From assembly GCA_964519245.1 (NCBI GenBank), contig CAZFLK010000010.1, positions 2,612 to 66,611 of the forward strand: DNA of 64,000 bases, given 5' to 3'. Positions within the stretch are counted from its first letter, which is position 1. Every line of letters starts with the position of its first letter. The DNA comes from an uncultured Verrucomicrobiota bacterium. Its GTDB lineage: Bacteria; Verrucomicrobiota; Verrucomicrobiia; Limisphaerales; JAYPEY01. The notes under the pieces were generated by a model. The model was given only the letters and a program-made list of their open reading frames with translations. It did not search any database and was not told the DNA's origin. Shown in pieces: positions 28,874 to 38,598 of this stretch. The position numbers and the translations under genes are program-made.

Positions 28874-31800
28874 TCATTCCACCAGCCGAATGCGGTAGAA
28901 GCGGGGTTCCGCGCCAGCGCTGTCGGTGTAAGTCATCTCGTCGCCGTCGCCGGAAAGCGTCGGCGACACCACGGTCCAATCGCCACCCGCCATCGAGGGG
29001 GAGCATTCAATGACATAGTTCTTGCCATCGACAGTCGGCCAACGAAGCGTAACGCGATCACCGGCAGCGCTCGGCCCGGCTCCTCGCATCCGGAGGGCCG
29101 ACGAGGAGTCATTCGGATGAGTGCCCGCACGATGCTCAGCCCAGTTCGGGATGCCGTCGCCATCAGCGTCGGCGTCCTCATGAGAAAGCAAATTGTTCAG
29201 CGTTCCGAAGTGACGCAAACGCCAGGTGTCAGGTATGCTGTCGCCCAAGGACGAATACGACCGATCTTTCATGGTCACCAACCCATCCCTGATTCGTTTC
29301 GGAAGGAGTCCATATCCGTTCGGTGAACCAGACGCATGCGCGAAACGCACGGCATATGCCGCATTCTGATCTACGCCCTCCGGCAAAGTAACCACCAGGG
29401 TTCCGATCAACGCCTCGCCGCTGATACCCGCCACCGAGGCGTCCAGCCAAATTCCGGCATAGTTCCAAGGCAGTGACTGCGGGTTGATGTCTGGCTCACC
29501 CAATCCCGCGGCATTGAAGGCCACCGGTTCCGTCAGCAGTGGTGCGCCATCAAGCGGCACGACACTGAGATTCAGCATCAAGGTCCGCAATGGGTAATCT
29601 CCTCTAACCTTGGCGGTGATCGGAATCAGCGCCTGATTGCCGTCCGGGCTCGGCATCGCGTCGCCAGCGACAAAATGGACGAAGGGCCTCTCCCCCGAAA
29701 GCGCGGGCGCGGGCGTATTCGCCCTGCGGGCCGGGCTCAAAGACTTCGCCGCAAGGTTGGCCAACAGGCTGTTGGTGTCTCCTCTGAACTGATTGGGCAC
29801 TTCCTGAACCATGCGAGCCCCTCCGGACCAGAATCGACGATACCACTTGAGGTTGGGGTCCAGCGAGCGCCGGAAGGTGACGAAAACATCGTCGATGTTC
29901 AAGGCCCCGTCGCCAAACATGATCGCGTCGATCGCGGCGTTATCCAAGCCGTCGAACGTCTGCGCGGCGCTGCCATCGGAAGAGTCCATGGCGTCAAAGA
30001 AGTCGCTCCCCGCGGGCGGCGCATTAACGCCGTAGATAGCCGATTGATAGACCTGTATAAGGTCGTTCACCAAGAGGTTCGTGTCGCCGAAATCGCCGGC
30101 GTTATACCATCCAAAGGGCATGACATCGCCCACCACGTAGCCGGGTTCTCCGACTGTGATCTCCTTGACGGCGCTGATGGGAGCGCCGCCCGCCAGAGCC
30201 CCGTTGGTTGGAGCGACAAGCAGCACATCCTGCTCGAGTCCGAAGACGGCGGAAGGTCGGGAGATGGCGGCGCGATACTTGTCGCCGACTGCGGCGGCCG
30301 CGGGAATCGTGATGCCATAAGCTCCGACCAACACCTTGCCCTCGCCGCCAAGGAACTGGTTGTTGTGGGCGCGGGAGAACGCGATCAGGTCATGGGTGGT
30401 GGTGTCATAAACCTGGTCGCCGCCAAGACGCTCCACATAGCCGACCAACAACTGATTCAAATCACCGCCAGTGACCGCCGTGATGTTGGTGACCAAGAGA
30501 TTGGTCAACCCGGTGCGAAATCGAGCCTGTTGGTTGGTGAAGGAGCGATCGACGGCGGTTATGGTGGGGCTCAACGGGACATAGACAGGCGGATCCGTCT
30601 CCGGGATCAACGCCTCCAAACGAGTTTGATACAACTGGGTTCCCGTCAATTTTGGAGCAGCGCCGAGGTTGGTGGAACTAAGCGAGAACTGCATTGCGTG
30701 AATGCTGACTTCGTTGAGCAGATCCAAGGTCACCGGGGCGTAGAATGTCTGTCCGGAAGCCGCCAGGAACTGACTGGAGCCCTCGCCCGAATCGAAGCCG
30801 AAGGTGATCTTGTTCGCGGAAAAATTGGACCTGGAAAACTCTCTGGTGGTGATGCCGCTGGGCTCGAAATTCTCGGCGTAGGCCCGAATCTTCACAGTCA
30901 GTGTGTCATTGGTCCCGAAATCGAGTGAGACGGAAGCGCCCCCGCTGATCGGCCCGAAGACATTGGCTGCCGTCGTCGCGGCGGCCGCCGTATCAGGCGG
31001 CTCGCTGAGGTCGAGGGTGTAGTACATCTGTGCGTTCGTCGTAATATTGTTCAACACGAACTGGGCGGCGTTATCGCCGGCGACGGAAGGATTCGCGGTT
31101 TTGAACTGGAATCGCGCAGACACGACATCGCTGGACATGCGATTATCGGCGAAACTACGCATTTTCACGGTAAGGTCCGGCTGGATCGGATCGACCAGGC
31201 GATCGGGAAAGGCAAATCCTCCATCCCAAACGGGAGGGCTTTGGTCGCCGTCGGCCGGATCAGGAACGGCGTTACTGAACGGGTCGGCCGGTGTCTGGCC
31301 GAACGTGTAGCGTGATTCCACCCCATCCTCGGCCTTGACCGCGAGGAAGACCTCATTGTTAAAAATGGACTGGACGACGGGATTGAAAACCGTGATGACG
31401 ACATTCGCCTCGTTGGTCATCCGCTCCAAGTAGCCAATTTCCGGGTTTTGCACCTTCGGGAGCGGTTCGGAAGTCTGGATGAGGCGCAACGCGCCACCGC
31501 TATCCACCGGACCTGCGGAATCAGCAACCAGGACGGTTCCGGCCCCGATGTCGGAGGCAAGGCCGATTGGCGCATTGAAGGACGCCGCGTCCATGCTGCC
31601 ATCCGCCCTTCCGGCGGTTCCCGCCATTCCCGCAACGGTCTCGACGCTGAAGACACCCAACGCGGAGTTCGTGTAGACCCGGCGAATCAGATTGTTGCCT
31701 GTATCGGCAACCAAAACGCCGCCGCTGGCGCTGAGGAAGACGACGCCTCGGGGTTGATTGAATTGCGCCGCACTCCCGACGAGTGAGTTCAGTGAGCCGG

Positions 31801-32488
31801 AAGTTCCATCGCCAACCGTCGCGATCAAGGACTTGGCGACAGGATCAATCAACTTGAGCTGGTGGTTGCGGGTATCCGTCACCCACAGATTCGTGTTTTG
31901 ATCGACGGCGATCGCATTCGGCTGAAAGAACCCCATGGCTCCGTCTGACACCGTGGTCACGTCGTTGGCCGTGTCGATCTTACGAATGGCATGGTTCAAT
32001 GAGTCCGCGACATAGATATTGCCTGCGGTATCGACGGCCAACCCGGTCGGAAACCGAAAACGCGCGTCCGCCGGAGTCATCGAATCCACGTTGCCAGCCA
32101 TTCCCTGGGCGCCGGCGATATTGGTCACGACACCAGAGAGGGAGACATATCGGATGAGGTGGTTCGCCGAGTCCGCGACCACCAATCCGTTCCGGGCCGA
32201 CACCAATCCCTGAGGGTCATTGAACGACGCAAAAATTCCCGTGCCGTTCGCGAAGCCTTCCTTGCCGGTGGCGTCGCCCGCCAAAATGCGAAGTTCGCCG
32301 GTGGCGGGGACGAATGCCTTGATCTGGTTCAGAGCCCGATCGGTCACATAGTAGGTCCCGTTGCCTGCGACGACGACGCTATTGGGTTCCAACAGGTCAT
32401 CAACGACCAGGGTATTGACCGACTGGGCGGAGGCCTGCCCGGTCAGCAGGCCGATGGCCGCGATACCCAGTAGTGTTTTCAACTTCAT
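28874..32488 (-). CDS. Giant secreted protein: NHL-type beta-propeller, chitobiase/Hex-C-like module, cohesin-like / dockerin-like / cohesin-like modules, TSP3-type repeat, C-terminal beta-sandwich
   Basis: 1204 aa with signal peptide MKLKTLLGIAAIGLLTGQASA. About 6 NHL-like blades (VADSANHLIRYV, VADSLNHAIRKI, VTDTRNHQLKLI, VADTGNNLIRRV...). MYYTLDLSEP. Cohesin-like FYAPVTLDLLNEVSIHAMQFSLS and LIPITAKVRGDYPLRTLMLNLSV. Dockerin-like YVVGDVMPFGWYNAGDFGDTNLLVNDL...GDGALNIDDVFVTFRRSL. Also DADADGDGIPNWAE, and it ends RFYRIRLVE. Confidence 0.75.
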   Translation of the reverse strand: MKLKTLLGIAAIGLLTGQASAQSVNTLVVDDLLEPNSVVVAGNGTYYVTDRALNQIKAFVPATGELRILAGDATGKEGFANGTGIFASFNDPQGLVSARNGLVVADSANHLIRYVSLSGVVTNIAGAQGMAGNVDSMTPADARFRFPTGLAVDTAGNIYVADSLNHAIRKIDTANDVTTVSDGAMGFFQPNAIAVDQNTNLWVTDTRNHQLKLIDPVAKSLIATVGDGTSGSLNSLVGSAAQFNQPRGVVFLSASGGVLVADTGNNLIRRVYTNSALGVFSVETVAGMAGTAGRADGSMDAASFNAPIGLASDIGAGTVLVADSAGPVDSGGALRLIQTSEPLPKVQNPEIGYLERMTNEANVVITVFNPVVQSIFNNEVFLAVKAEDGVESRYTFGQTPADPFSNAVPDPADGDQSPPVWDGGFAFPDRLVDPIQPDLTVKMRSFADNRMSSDVVSARFQFKTANPSVAGDNAAQFVLNNITTNAQMYYTLDLSEPPDTAAAATTAANVFGPISGGASVSLDFGTNDTLTVKIRAYAENFEPSGITTREFSRSNFSANKITFGFDSGEGSSQFLAASGQTFYAPVTLDLLNEVSIHAMQFSLSSTNLGAAPKLTGTQLYQTRLEALIPETDPPVYVPLSPTITAVDRSFTNQQARFRTGLTNLLVTNITAVTGGDLNQLLVGYVERLGGDQVYDTTTHDLIAFSRAHNNQFLGGEGKVLVGAYGITIPAAAAVGDKYRAAISRPSAVFGLEQDVLLVAPTNGALAGGAPISAVKEITVGEPGYVVGDVMPFGWYNAGDFGDTNLLVNDLIQVYQSAIYGVNAPPAGSDFFDAMDSSDGSAAQTFDGLDNAAIDAIMFGDGALNIDDVFVTFRRSLDPNLKWYRRFWSGGARMVQEVPNQFRGDTNSLLANLAAKSLSPARRANTPAPALSGERPFVHFVAGDAMPSPDGNQALIPITAKVRGDYPLRTLMLNLSVVPLDGAPLLTEPVAFNAAGLGEPDINPQSLPWNYAGIWLDASVAGISGEALIGTLVVTLPEGVDQNAAYAVRFAHASGSPNGYGLLPKRIRDGLVTMKDRSYSSLGDSIPDTWRLRHFGTLNNLLSHEDADADGDGIPNWAEHRAGTHPNDSSSALRMRGAGPSAAGDRVTLRWPTVDGKNYVIECSPSMAGGDWTVVSPTLSGDGDEMTYTDSAGAEPRFYRIRLVE

Positions 32489-32546
32489 GACGTTCTTTTA
32501 GTGGCTCCAGACCTTGTCTGGCGCGTTCTGCACTGCCGCCGCCCAA

Positions 32547-35500
32547 TCAGGGCTGCAGCCGGATGCGGTAAAAGCGCTGGTCGCCCGAGTTTTCGGCGAT
32601 AATTTCCTGCGCATTGCCGTCGCCATTGACGGTTCCAATCTCGGTCCAAGGTCCCGTGGCGGGGTTGTCCGAACATTCGACGACGTAGGTTTTTCCTGGC
32701 GCGGTGATCCATTCGAGCCGCAGGTTGCCAGACGGGTCGGGCGCAGCAAGTTTGGAGCCGATGAACTCCAACCGAGAGCGGATATTGGTCGGATCCGTGC
32801 CGGCGAGAAACTCCTTGAGGTTGGAAACGCCATCACCATCCGAGTCCATGTTGGCCGCGACCAGGGCGCGGTCAACCCGATTGAAGAAGCGGGTCAACCA
32901 TTCGTCGGAAACAGCCGGCTCGTCCGGCAACGCCTCCAGGATGCGAACTCTACCGCCAAAGGATTCAACCAAGGAAGCTCCCTCGTTGGAAAAGACGCCT
33001 GCGAGCCCAAACTTCAGACGATAGGCGGCGCCCTGCCCCGCCTGCTGCGGCGCCACGAAACTGATTGTTCCGATGACGGTTTCGCCGGACAGTTGCAGGC
33101 CCAACCAGCCTTTGCCCATCTCGTTCAGTCCCATGGGAATAGTTTGTCCGACCCCAATCCCCGCAGGAGTCCAAACGATCGGGCTCGTGAGCGCCGGAGC
33201 CGATTCTTCCGCAATCACCTTGGCGCGGAATCCGAGCGCCTCCACGGTCACGCCTTCCTTGACCTTGACCGTGACCGGCAAGGTGACGACTGAACCGGGT
33301 TGCGCATTCTCGACGCTGCCAGCCGAGATCTGGACAGACGTTGACCAGATATCGCCGGGAGCGGGTGGCGTCAGCGCGGACGCAGGCGTGTTGGGCAAGG
33401 CGGTGGTGTCGTTGGTGTGGACGCCGCCGGTGGACCAGGCGCGCACGAAGTTGTTGCCATCCTCCCGCAACGAGCGTTTTGAGATCAGCGCCCAGTCGGC
33501 GATGGTGATGACGCCGTCGCCTTCGGGACTGCCGCCGGCGTTCTCATCGGGATAGGCGTCCATGGCGTTGAAAACATCACTGAATGTGTAGGGCACCCGA
33601 ATACCGAGTGAGGCAAGGAAGGCGTTGTTGACATCGCTGTTCAGCAGGTCTCCGTTGCCGAACTGCCCGGCGTTATACCACGCGCCTGGCGAAGTATCGC
33701 CGACCACGTAGGCGATGTTCGTTACAAGGATGGTTCGATCCGCCATGGGCGCGAGCGTGACATCATCCTGCAAACCATCGGCCGTTCCGGAAGGATTCAT
33801 GACGCTGACGATGAACTTGTCGCCCACCACCGCGGTGTTGGGAATTTTTATCGAGAGCATCGCAACTGCGGCAAAGCTGGAGATATTGAAGTCGGATTGC
33901 CCCAGGCTGGAGACGCTGAGCAGACGGGCGGCGGCGTCGCTGCTTTCATTAACCACATAGGAAACCGTCTGCCCATCCATGGCCACGGGTCCCGCGACTT
34001 GAATGAAGTCGTTGGTTCCGGTCGCGAGGAAATCAAAACCTCCTGCGGGAACCCCCAAAGCGGGCGCGGCGTTGCCGGGATCCGGCTTGACGGAGACGCG
34101 GAATTGCAACGAGCGGAGGCTGTCATTGGTGTTCAGGTTGACAACCAACGGGACAATCGCCGTGGCGCCCACACCGGCCTGAATGTCCGAAGTGACGCCA
34201 ATCTGATTCACGGTCGAAGAGGCGCCCGCGACGTTGGTGCTGACGACATTGGTCCCGCTGAAGAGGAAAGCGCTGACTCGCAGCGCGGTCAGATCGCGCA
34301 GTGGTTCGAACCATTTGATGGTGCCTGTGCCGCCGCTCATCGCCACCCGGGTGTCGTTGGTGGTCACATCGGACCCGTCAGTGCGGAAGTAGACGTTCGT
34401 GCTCGAACTGGTGACCGTGATGTCGACGCCCATGGGGTAGTAGCCGGAGGTCGGGGAGAAGGCGATCGAAGGCGGGTTCGGCAGAGCGTCCGCGCCATCG
34501 CCGGAAGCGGCGCCGGCGGGGCCGGAGAGGCCTGTTCCAGTCGTCTCGCGAATGATGTTGTAGTAGAGTTCAGTGGACACCACCGTGCCATCGCCCAGCA
34601 CAGCGACGCCGGATGGCACGCGGGAGGAGGCCACGTCGCCCGCGGCATCTTCCCATCCCGGATGGATCTCAAACGACAACCCGGGAAACTGGGTTTCCAA
34701 CTCCAGCCATGTGGCCGGGTCAATGCCATAGAGCAGGCTGACTTCCCCGTCGGGAGCAATGGAGACCACCCGATGGTTCTGGGTGTCCGCGACCACAGCG
34801 ACATTGTCACCGCCATTGGCGACATGCATCGGAAAATTGAAGGAGGCCAGGGTCTTACTGCCCAACGTTCGTCCGGGAGCGCCCGTGCCGACTTCGTTCG
34901 TCAGCGCGCCGCTGGGAGCGAGGTATCGGATCATGTGGTTGCCAGTGTCAGAAATCACCAATGCGCCGTTGTCGAGCACGGCAATGCCTCGCGGGGAGGA
35001 TAATGCCGCACCCACCGTCGAACCGCCGGCGATCATGTCGGTGATGGTGATTGTGGATACGATTCCGCTGCTGACCTTCTTGAGGGCGCCTCCCAATTCC
35101 ACAACGTAGATATCAGATGACGCGTCCAGAGCCATTGCGGTGGGGGCTGTCAAGCCGACCGCGGCAAAGCCGAGAAAATTGGTGTTTTTGTCGTAACGGC
35201 GGATCATGCCGTCGCCCTGCGACAACACGTAGACGTTGGTGGCGGCGTCCACCTTCACATCGACCGGCGTGGTTCCGGCAGGGTAGAGGGCCACGGTCGA
35301 AACCGTCGACTTGTCCCGATCGAGCATCCGGACCCGCTCATTGAGCATGTCGGCGATGAAGAGCTTGGTTCCGCTGGGATCAGCGGCGATCGCCACTGGT
35401 TGATTGAATTGGGCGACATCACCGACGCCGTTGATGACCTCGCCGATCGTTTTTCCATCCCGGAAACCGGCGTAGGAATTGGTCGTCGTGCCGTTGGGCG

Positions 35501-35678
35501 AGCCCGCGATGGTAGTGACCGTGGCGGATGCGCCCTGAGCCAGGGCCGATGCCGCCCCGCCGATCAGCGCGATGGACGCAACGGCAATCGCGAGGCTCTC
35601 CCGCAGCGGGTTGCGACGGCCCGACCGACGGATGCCGCCTTTTCGGGATCTTGCGGTTGTTTTCAACATTGAAATCAT
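32547..35678 (-). CDS. Giant secreted protein, tandem paralogue of 28874..32488 (same module order)
   Basis: 1043 aa. Signal/anchor ...LAIAVASIALIGGAASALA. NHL-like blades (IADMLNERVRML, ISDTGNHMIRYL, VADTQNHRVVSI). VYFRTDGSD. Cohesin-like AIVPLVVNLNTNDSLRSLQFRVSV and VVTLPVTVKVKEGVTVEALGFRAKV. Dockerin-like YVVGDTSPGAWYNAGQFGNGDLLNSDV...EGDGVITIADWALISKRSL. Also DSDGDGVSNLKEF, and it ends RFYRIRLQP. Confidence 0.75.
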   Translation of the reverse strand: MISMLKTTARSRKGGIRRSGRRNPLRESLAIAVASIALIGGAASALAQGASATVTTIAGSPNGTTTNSYAGFRDGKTIGEVINGVGDVAQFNQPVAIAADPSGTKLFIADMLNERVRMLDRDKSTVSTVALYPAGTTPVDVKVDAATNVYVLSQGDGMIRRYDKNTNFLGFAAVGLTAPTAMALDASSDIYVVELGGALKKVSSGIVSTITITDMIAGGSTVGAALSSPRGIAVLDNGALVISDTGNHMIRYLAPSGALTNEVGTGAPGRTLGSKTLASFNFPMHVANGGDNVAVVADTQNHRVVSIAPDGEVSLLYGIDPATWLELETQFPGLSFEIHPGWEDAAGDVASSRVPSGVAVLGDGTVVSTELYYNIIRETTGTGLSGPAGAASGDGADALPNPPSIAFSPTSGYYPMGVDITVTSSSTNVYFRTDGSDVTTNDTRVAMSGGTGTIKWFEPLRDLTALRVSAFLFSGTNVVSTNVAGASSTVNQIGVTSDIQAGVGATAIVPLVVNLNTNDSLRSLQFRVSVKPDPGNAAPALGVPAGGFDFLATGTNDFIQVAGPVAMDGQTVSYVVNESSDAAARLLSVSSLGQSDFNISSFAAVAMLSIKIPNTAVVGDKFIVSVMNPSGTADGLQDDVTLAPMADRTILVTNIAYVVGDTSPGAWYNAGQFGNGDLLNSDVNNAFLASLGIRVPYTFSDVFNAMDAYPDENAGGSPEGDGVITIADWALISKRSLREDGNNFVRAWSTGGVHTNDTTALPNTPASALTPPAPGDIWSTSVQISAGSVENAQPGSVVTLPVTVKVKEGVTVEALGFRAKVIAEESAPALTSPIVWTPAGIGVGQTIPMGLNEMGKGWLGLQLSGETVIGTISFVAPQQAGQGAAYRLKFGLAGVFSNEGASLVESFGGRVRILEALPDEPAVSDEWLTRFFNRVDRALVAANMDSDGDGVSNLKEFLAGTDPTNIRSRLEFIGSKLAAPDPSGNLRLEWITAPGKTYVVECSDNPATGPWTEIGTVNGDGNAQEIIAENSGDQRFYRIRLQP

Positions 35679-35724
35679 GGCTCGGAGAGCTGTTTTCAGG
35701 CCAACCGGCGCGGCTGGCCCCGGT

Positions 35725-37335
35725 TTATTTGCCCTGGTTCAACAAGTGAGCCGGCTTTCCGCGGTCAATCATCTTGGAATTCTCACGCCCGGCGCCATCC
35801 CAAGCCTGCGGGGCTTCGCTGGAACGCAGCGAGTTACGCATGAAATCACTGGGCGAGTATTGGTAATCATAATCCTGCACAATGGTCGGCGTGATGAAGA
35901 TGATCAGATTGGCCTTGGTTTTCTGTTTGGACTCGCGGCGAAACAGCAAACCGAGCCCGGGAATGTCACCCAAGAGCGGCACCTTGGTGTATTGGTCGCT
36001 TTCCGTGTTGCTCATCAAACCACCCATCACCAGCGTGTTGCCATTAGGGATCTCCACGGATGTTTCGATTCGACGAATCGCATAAACGTTGGCTTCGAAG
36101 ACTTCGCCGGCGATGGTTTGAGTGTCTTTGGAATCGATATTGGAGACCTCGGGCACCACGGTCATGTAGATGTTGCTGCTGGCCGAGACCCGCGGAGTCA
36201 CCTCGAGGATCGTGCCAAGGTTGGTGTAGGTCACCGAAGCGGCCGCCGGGGTGTTGGCGGAACCGGGGGTCACTTCAAAAATCGGGAAGGCCCGAGTGAC
36301 TTCCAGTCGCGCAGTCTGATTGTCCTTGGTCACGGTCCTGGGGGTCGCAACCACGCGGGTGTCCGCTTCCGTGTTCAGGAATGAGAGGGTGGCGCTGACG
36401 CCATCCGCATTGAGGAACGCGGTGGCGGGGCTCCAACCCGAGAGCGTGTTGAGTGAAAGTCCGCCATTGCCAAGGGTGGTCACGAGGTCCGTGGCGGAGG
36501 TTGAACCGGCCGTGCGGGTGGTGGTGATCTGATTGCCGCCCGGCGTGGTGAAGGTCGAGGTGCTCGTGGCGCCCGGGCGGGAGGTCGTGGTCGTTCCTGT
36601 CGTGTTTCCGTTACCGAAGACGACGCGTTGGTTGGCGAGCGTTCCGGACCAATCGACGCCGCGAATGGCGGTCGGGTTCATGGATGTTTCGATCACCTGC
36701 GCCTCGATGAGGACCTGCTTGGTCACGATGTCCAATTTCTCGATCAGGTCCTTGATCGCTTCCTGCTCATCCTCGGTGGCGATGACAACCAACTGGCTCG
36801 TACGGTAGTCGGGAATCACGGATCCGCGCTCGGAGATGCTGGCCGTGATGGCCGCAACCAGGTTGGTGGGGCTCGAGTTCTTGAGCTGCACGATCTTCGT
36901 CACCAACGGAGGAAGGGCGGCCGGGTCTTTGATGGTCACCCGGGCAATGCCGGTCTTGAGATTCGGCGTCATCTGCAGACCGTAGTTGTCCAAAATCGTC
37001 AACAAGGCGCCTTCCGCGCTGACATTCTCGAAGCGCACGGAAATGACGGTCGGCGGCAACTGCGTTCCATCCGGCGCCATCTTCGGAGCGGTCACCTCCG
37101 GCGCGAAGACGAAGTTGATCCCGGCCTGGCGCGCCAACATGCTGACGACGTCGGTGAGCGGGGTGTCTTCGAACACGATGCTGGGAATGACCTCCGCGTC
37201 ATCCATCGCCACTCCGACTTCGATTGCAGCCGGCGTTGACGGATCAGCGGAATCTGAGGCCTGGCCCTGTGCCGACGCCGCTGGGAGCCATACGACAAGC
37301 CCGGCAGCAAGGAGGATTGCAAGTTTCGTTTTCAT
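35725..37335 (-). CDS. pilQ: Secretin (PilQ/GspD family outer-membrane channel)
   Basis: Signal peptide MKTKLAILLAAGLVVWLPAASA. N0/N1-like domains (TPLTDVVSMLARQAGINFVF; IVQLKNSSPTNLV...EDEQEAIKDLIEKLD). Secretin core VLIEAQVIETS...VPLLGDIPGLGLLFRRESKQKTKANLIIFITPTIV. Confidence 0.88.
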   Translation of the reverse strand: MKTKLAILLAAGLVVWLPAASAQGQASDSADPSTPAAIEVGVAMDDAEVIPSIVFEDTPLTDVVSMLARQAGINFVFAPEVTAPKMAPDGTQLPPTVISVRFENVSAEGALLTILDNYGLQMTPNLKTGIARVTIKDPAALPPLVTKIVQLKNSSPTNLVAAITASISERGSVIPDYRTSQLVVIATEDEQEAIKDLIEKLDIVTKQVLIEAQVIETSMNPTAIRGVDWSGTLANQRVVFGNGNTTGTTTTSRPGATSTSTFTTPGGNQITTTRTAGSTSATDLVTTLGNGGLSLNTLSGWSPATAFLNADGVSATLSFLNTEADTRVVATPRTVTKDNQTARLEVTRAFPIFEVTPGSANTPAAASVTYTNLGTILEVTPRVSASSNIYMTVVPEVSNIDSKDTQTIAGEVFEANVYAIRRIETSVEIPNGNTLVMGGLMSNTESDQYTKVPLLGDIPGLGLLFRRESKQKTKANLIIFITPTIVQDYDYQYSPSDFMRNSLRSSEAPQAWDGAGRENSKMIDRGKPAHLLNQGK

Positions 37336-37378
37336 GAATTCAGTTTGGCTTGTTAAAGAAATACGCTTCGACGCAAGC

Positions 37379-38002
37379 TTAGTTGCCGATGGGTTTCATC
37401 GGCAGCTTCAAGGGGCGAACCTCGTCCTTGTTGTCAATTTTCAGCGTCACACCTTTGGAGGACACCGAGACACATTCCAAGCGGACCATGCGCTGGCCGC
37501 CTTCGATGTGGTTGGGCACCAACACCATGCGCCATTCGCCGGGCGCAAAATAGTAATTCTTGACCGAGGTGCCGATGGTCGCCATTGGCCGACTGCCGCC
37601 GATAACAGCCCTCAAAGTCAGATCATCAAACGGATCCGGCGGGGGCGGGGGCGCGGTCGACTTCTCCTTCTCTTCCTGCTCCTTTTTCAGCCGCTCCATT
37701 TCAGCCAACTCCTCCGGAGTCGGTCCTTTCGGAATCGGATCGCGTCGCTTTGAAGCAGGGAAAAAGGGATCGACGCCCTCCTTGGGTGATTTGTCGCGCG
37801 GTTCGGAAAGGAAGACGGATTCGGGAATCGTGAACGCCCCACCCTCAACTTCGGCTTCGGCTTCAGGTTTCGCATCGCTGTCAGGCGCGTCCTGGGCGGC
37901 AACAACCCCGGTGAGGGCGAAGACGGCGGCGGCGAATCCGATACTGCCAAAGATTGAGCGCGCGGAGCTTTGCGTGAAGAACTTGGGTTTCATGCTTGTC
38001 AT
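37379..38002 (-). CDS. PilP-like pilus/secretion assembly protein (hypothetical)
   Basis: Signal/anchor, a Pro/Glu-rich linker with DPF motifs, and a C-terminal small beta domain (LTLRAVIGGSRPMATIG...YFAPGEW...VRLECVSVSSKGVTLKID). It sits in the PilP position between pilO and the secretin. Its ATG overlaps the pilO stop (ATGA). Confidence 0.5.
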   Translation of the reverse strand: MTSMKPKFFTQSSARSIFGSIGFAAAVFALTGVVAAQDAPDSDAKPEAEAEVEGGAFTIPESVFLSEPRDKSPKEGVDPFFPASKRRDPIPKGPTPEELAEMERLKKEQEEKEKSTAPPPPPDPFDDLTLRAVIGGSRPMATIGTSVKNYYFAPGEWRMVLVPNHIEGGQRMVRLECVSVSSKGVTLKIDNKDEVRPLKLPMKPIGN

Positions 38003-38598
38003 TCTCCTTCCGCTTCCTCGACCGGCTTGATCAGGGCAACGAGTTCCATCGAAAAGGAAAGCTTCTCAGATACCTCACCTGACTCCGATTCTCCCATTGG
38101 CTGCAAGGTCACGTTCTGGACCCGGATGTAGGGATGCTCGTTTTCAAAGGTCTTGATGTAGGAGCCCAGATCGTGGAAATGTCCGGTTCCGGCGACGCGA
38201 AACTTGGCGGCCTCGTAGGGGAATTCCGGAATGGCGCCGATCGTCACCCGCTGTTCCCTGCCGACGGAAGGGATTTCAACGTCGAATTGCTTGTGCTCGG
38301 ACTTGAATTTGTTCAGGAGCAGGTTGATCCAGAGAAATATATCCCCCTCGGCCATCTGGTCCTCAATCTCGGTCAGGCGAGCCTTGACCGCGTCCATGTC
38401 GGCATTGAATTGATCCTCTTTCGCAATCAACGTCTCCGCTTGGGCTTTCTTGTCGCCGTACTCGGTCTTGATGGTCTCGTTTTCGACCATCTTGGCCCGT
38501 TGAGGACTGATGACCAACATGTAGGTCGCCACGACCAGCATCGCGGCCACCAGGCCGACCATGACCATTTGCTGCTGCTTTTGTGTGAGATTGCTCAT
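37999..38598 (-). CDS. pilO: PilO-like type IV pilus biogenesis protein
   Basis: Single TM (MVMVGLVAAMLVVATYMLVI), a coiled coil, then a ferredoxin-like C-terminal domain (FRVAGTGHFHDLGSYIKTFENEHPYIRVQNVTLQP). The ATG at 38598 overlaps the pilN stop (ATGA). Confidence 0.7.
   Translation of the reverse strand: MSNLTQKQQQMVMVGLVAAMLVVATYMLVISPQRAKMVENETIKTEYGDKKAQAETLIAKEDQFNADMDAVKARLTEIEDQMAEGDIFLWINLLLNKFKSEHKQFDVEIPSVGREQRVTIGAIPEFPYEAAKFRVAGTGHFHDLGSYIKTFENEHPYIRVQNVTLQPMGESESGEVSEKLSFSMELVALIKPVEEAEGE

Noticed and set aside
34303-34312. GGTTCGAACC, a tRNA T-arm-like palindrome
   Set aside because: It lies inside the 1043-aa coding region, and no acceptor, D or anticodon arms can be drawn around it. 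I found no tRNA elsewhere in the window.
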